NCBI RefSeq assembly: GCF_009914755.1
Contig: NC_060945.1
Reading direction: 5' to 3' (one strand)
DNA: 64,000 bases
Source of the DNA: the human T2T-CHM13v2.0 reference genome, Homo sapiens
Positions 59,561-64,000 of the stretch are shown here, piece after piece. The notes beneath the pieces were generated by a model that searched no databases, was not told where the DNA came from, and was given only the letters and a program-made list of their open reading frames with translations. A program made the position numbers and the translations under genes. How positions within the stretch are numbered: position 1 is the stretch's first letter; every line of letters begins with the position of its first letter.

Positions 59561-61131
59561 CTTTGTCTGTCTGCCTGGTTCATGGATTGTGACTATCCTC
59601 AGTTCCCCAGTGCCCATCATTCAACAAATGTTAGATGAATAAATGAATCAATATGTGAATGACTGTAAGAATAAGCTTTTGATGAAAGGCAGCCATTTTG
59701 TAAGCAAGACATTGCTGCTTTTAATTGTCCGCAGAAAGCCTCACAGAATCACTGCGGTGAGAGGAAAAAAAGTGTCTGCATGCAATTATTCGTAATAACA
59801 AATAATCATACTTTGTATGCGTGTAAGACTTTTCATGTTCAAAACACTTTCAAAACATTAATTAATTCTTACAACAGCATCAATGAAATTGAAACTAGAA
59901 GGAGAATTTGAGGTATGCAAAATTTAATTACCAATATTAAAATTTGCCACACAACTCACACTCCTCCCACTGGGCCAGGAAACACATTCCATGCCATCTT
60001 CTCTCTCTCTGAAAAAAACATGAACATGAGAACTTAGTTCTATTATATCAGTCAGGAAGGAGGCAAAACTATCTGTGGAGAAACCCCAAGGGGTGGGGAG
60101 AGGTATTTATACATCTGAGGGAGGATTGCATTTATTCATCTGTGAGTTCCCTTTAGATTCTGGGATTTAGGATTCTGGGAACCCAGGTAAGCATCGTCAT
60201 GACCACAGGGTGGGCTCATTTTGAATAAAGATGTGGGGAATTCTGTGAGGTTATAAGATAAACCCCAGCCAGTTCTTTCCCCCGACCCCCAAGAAATGGT
60301 GGTGACTTCTTAGAATCCTGAGCCACATTGGGAAACTCTGGTGGGGACTTTGTCTACATTATTGGAGGGTGGGTGGAGTGTGGGTGGGAAAGCTTGGCCT
60401 TATACAAAGACAGCCCAAAGTGGGCAATGTGGAGCTGCTTCTAGAACCCTGAACATTCTGAACTTTTGGATCCTCTAGGCTGGAGGGGTGGGGGTAGGCA
60501 TTGGTGCACCTTAGCAGGGGGAGGAGCTACCTGTCCTCTCTGGAGCAGAGAGAGCCTTCACACGGAGGACACCTGGGCTCTGTTTCCCATGAGGCATGAG
60601 GCCACTGGGTGGGGGGTGTCCTGGTGTCCTCAGCCAAGGACTCCTGCCTCCTGAAGGAAACGAGAGCATAGCTCCACATTCCCTAAGTGGGGCTGTGCAT
60701 CGTGACTTCCTTCCAAAGGGGACAGTGAAAAGTCGGGGGAGATAAAAGGGTAACATTCTGGAAGAGAGATATAACAAACGCTACTTCAGCCAGGCGATCA
60801 AGGTCAACATCAAGGCACAAATGTTTGTTGTTTTCTTCTTCAGGCCTAGGTTTCTCCTCTGAAATAACTTGAGCTCTTCAGAAGGTACAAAATCTCTCTG
60901 ACACTAAAGTTTAGTTTAACGACTGGCTAGAGACGTGGTAATCAAGCATCTCACTGACAAGCTTCTGTTTTCTTCTTCTTTGTGCATGGCCATGTCCATG
61001 TACTGCCTGATCCTACCCCTGTTTCCTACCTGTGCTCAGGAGCGGTGACTTCTAGGTCACATCCTTTCTTGCTGACCCCACTTTGGTTCCTGACATTTTT
61101 TGTGGTCCTCCTGCAGACCATTTAAGATCAA

Positions 61132-61562
61132 TGTTAAAGCAAACTAAATATGGCCTGAGAAGGACTCCATATTTCTATATTTGAGTCCTGTGGATGAACT
61201 GTAACCTAGCTTAATGGTCAGACAAAATTAAAAACCTAACTTAATAGTATGCACCTGTAACAATAGCTAAGGGTTGGCCAATCCCAGTGGTCATAATTCA
61301 ACCACTCATAGACTCCTGAATGTTCAAACTGCGTTCAAATAAGGCAAACGCCAAGCTGTAACCAATCTCACTGTATCTGTACCTCACTTCCGATTCTTGT
61401 ACATCACTCTACCTGTTTGGTCTATAAATTTGTTCTGACCACGAGGCACCCCTGGAGTCTCCGTGAATCTGCTGTGTTCCTGGGGGCTGCCCGATTCACA
61501 AATTGTTCATTGCTCAGTTAAACTCCTTTAAACTTGATTCGGCTGAAGATTTTCTTCTATCA
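61132..61562 (+). mobile_element. MER57-type ERV1 solo LTR
   Basis: TGTTAAAGCAAACTAAATATGGCCTGAGAAGGACTCC start; TTCAAATAAGGCAAACGCC; TSD TCAA/TCAG. Confidence 0.88.
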
Positions 61563-61857
61563 TCAGTCATGAGGTCCCATGAGACAGCAGTGACAGAACT
61601 GGAAGATACTTTAGACAGTAATTCTTGGTGGGAAGATACCTTGAGTTGAACCCAGAGTCTTGAAACTAAAATACTAAAGATACTTTGCACTGGGGTGGTG
61701 GTGAGAGAAGTATTTCTTTTAAAAAACTCCCAACCACTACCCAAGCCTGATTCCTGCAATGTACAGCAATGAAGGCAGATGAAGCTTCCTGGCCTTAGGT
61801 TGAACATACAGCCCTTTCCACTTTGGGTTGGCTAGTGTCATGTAACTCTTTTTAGTT

Positions 61858-62156
61858 TCTTTATTATTATTATTATTTTTGAGATGGAGTCTCGCTCTGT
61901 CGCCCAGGCTAGAGTGCAGTGGCGCGATCTCGGCTCACTGCAACTTCCGCCTCCCGGGTTCACGCCATTCTTCTGCCTCAGCCTCCTGAGTAGTTGGGAC
62001 TACAGCCGCCACCACGCCAGGCTAATTTTTTATATTTTTAGTAGAGACAGAGTTTCACCGTGTTAGCCAGGATGGTCGCGATCTCCTGACCTCATGATCC
62101 GCCCGCCTCGGCCTCCCAACGTGCTGGGATTACAGGCGTGAGCCACCGCGCCGGCC
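61858..62156 (-). mobile_element. AluY-like
   Basis: CpG-rich, TTAGCCAGGATGGTC; (TTA)n tail. Confidence 0.93.
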
Positions 62157-62430
62157 TATTATTATTTTTTAAAACAAGCATTAAAACATGCTTCAGTGCT
62201 CTTTCATATGCAAAGAAGCAACCCTGGGAGCCTGCGCCTTTTCCAGGCCCTCATGCCTTCAGAAGCCAGAGTGTGCTAGGAGCACCGGGGGTGAGGACAT
62301 AGCTTCAGCCTGAAGCTGTTCACTGGAGGTATCTTCCTAGTGTGTGCAGTGGGCCTTACTCAGTTTCCCAACCCTCCATCTCAGAGAAAGACAAAACCAA
62401 TTGGATATGGTGTATGTACTTGTCAAACTG

Positions 62431-62436
62431 TTTATT
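62431..62436 (-). terminator. RUNX1: Distal polyadenylation signal AATAAA; cleavage near 62406
   Basis: TTTATT on +; GU/U-rich downstream element GGTTTTGTCTTTCT on - at ~62386-62399; UGUA motifs upstream. Confidence 0.85.
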
Positions 62437-62903
62437 TGCCATTCACACTGATTGTAACACTGGATTTACAGAAGAAACTGTGGTACAAAGAGAGGAAGGC
62501 TCTGGTGGCTCCTGAACAGCAGCAGTCCAGCTGCCCTGCTCAGGCTGGGCACGACGAATGCTCCCAGGAGAGGGGAGGCGGCCCACCCGACTGTGTACCA
62601 TGGACTGTGGACAGTGCAGTGCCTGCTCTCCTGTGCTATCTAGAAACACCTTGGAGAGAGGGTTCTGGGATATTCTCTCATGTCATCTGGCTGAAGACAC
62701 CAGCTTGACAGTTCCCCTTTAAGAAGCATTCCATACGTTTGTACCAGGGAGAAAGAAGCCCACGCACGAATTTTCAGGATGTTTTGTGACCAAACCCAAT
62801 AACTGCCACACAAATAGACCCTAGGTGGGGGCTGGCTTAAATAGGACCACATTTCCCGTTGCTTTTTCAGTAGATGTGTTATACCGTCATTTCAATTTGA
62901 AAG

Positions 62904-62909
62904 TTTATT
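62904..62909 (-). terminator. RUNX1: More proximal alternative polyadenylation signal AATAAA
   Basis: TTTATT on + within AAGTTTATTTTTTTCC; AU-rich context with UGUA upstream on -. Confidence 0.65.
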
Positions 62910-64000
62910 TTTTTCCATTGATTTTTATACATCCAGAATAACACAAATAACCAACAGTTCTTTTTCTTTTTTTGCACATTCATTTCCCCTAGAACAAAAA
63001 AAGTGAACTTAAAAAAAATTGGAACCATGCTATTAGCTGTTTACAAAAGTGAATAAGAAGTAGCTCATTTTAAAGTCTAAAATAAACAAAGTAGAAAGAA
63101 GCATTTTTTTCCCTACAGTATTTAGCAAACCTAAGAAAAAGTCCTTAGAAACACACACAAAAAAATTGAAAAAAAGTTATAGGCATTAACAATATTTTAT
63201 AATGAAGCTTAAAATCTATTTACATACATAAATACAATTAACTTTGTTGATGCAACTCTTCTGGAAGGAAAAAAAGAGCCAAATGATCAGCCTCATCAAT
63301 ACTGACCTGGCTAAAAACAAAATTCCCAACAAACACACAAAAATCCCAAAACAAATGTATACGCTACGGTAAACAAAAAGGCATTTTGTTCAGATGTAAA
63401 ATATGTTTTGTGAGATTATTGTCAAACAAATTTTCATGTATAAAAGACCCAAACATGTCATTCCCCCCAAAAATAAAAACCAACAAAAATAAAAATCATC
63501 AGGACGGAATGTCCCAAAGAAACAGGTATTTCAAGGCAGAAATCTGCAATCCTAAATTGCAGGACATTTGAGTGGAACCATTCATTTCCTTTCTAATCAG
63601 AGCATTTCTGTTTATCTGCACAGAAACCCAAGGCAGCAGAAAGGCTGTCTATTTACTCACTGATTGTGATTTGCCCAGGAAAGTTTGCTGGTTTGGACAG
63701 CAAGCAGATCCAATATGGTTGGCAATGTCTCTGTTCTGCTGGAAGAAACCCATAAACAGGAGAAAGGCTGACAAACCATGTTCCTTTATGTGAAGGGGGA
63801 AGAACTGGACCTTCTTGTGTTCTGAAATTTGGTACTGGGTGGGGGTATGTGCTATCTGCTTAAGAGAACACAGGAAAAGGAGGAGGGAGAAAGTGGGGTT
63901 TGGAAGATAGAGGAAGAGAGAAAAAAAGGGAGATATTGGGGGGAAGAGAGGGAGGGAAATGTATTTTCAGATAGTGAGAAAAAGAAAGAACTGAAATATG

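Larger units (their letters stand above)
62406..64000 (-). other. RUNX1: Distal 3' UTR (terminal exon, continues beyond window) of RUNX1
   Basis: Repeat-free, U-rich on the minus strand, two AATAAA signals. Minus strand ends ...GTGAATGGCAAATAAACAGTTTGACAAGTACATACACCATA, which I recall as the 3' end of the long RUNX1 mRNA. Recalled, not searched. Confidence 0.85.

Noticed and set aside
62590-62610. Possible single-base difference from my remembered RUNX1 mRNA (CCATGG vs CCGTGG)
   Set aside because: Depends on memory of one base; needs an alignment

Overview
Primate (human-like) non-coding DNA, roughly half interspersed repeats: Alu, MIR, L2, L1M, MaLR/ERV solo LTRs, hAT and Tc1/mariner MITEs, and microsatellites. 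The last ~1.6 kb (minus strand) matches my recollection of the distal RUNX1 3' UTR, with two AATAAA signals. That would place the window at chr21q22.12 between CLIC6 and RUNX1, an interval I recall holding the lncRNAs LINC00160 (-) and LINC01426 (+). These gene identities are recalled, not searched. No protein-coding exon is supported; the ORF track reflects repeats, low complexity and chance ORFs. I found no convincing new multi-gene system. The most unusual directly visible signal is a 13-kb cluster (33.5-46.7 kb) of local copy events: a 35-bp templated insertion inside a perfect 23-bp inverted repeat, a ~330-bp inverted duplication of an MLT1/MER44 junction, an Alu fold-back, and two direct duplications. 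Also notable are a MADE1 hairpin with a compensatory base-pair change, a RUNX-motif cluster downstream of RUNX1, and a MER57 LTR facing the RUNX1 3' end. Repeat subfamily names are by-eye matches to remembered consensus sequences, and boundaries without target-site duplications (TSDs) are approximate.
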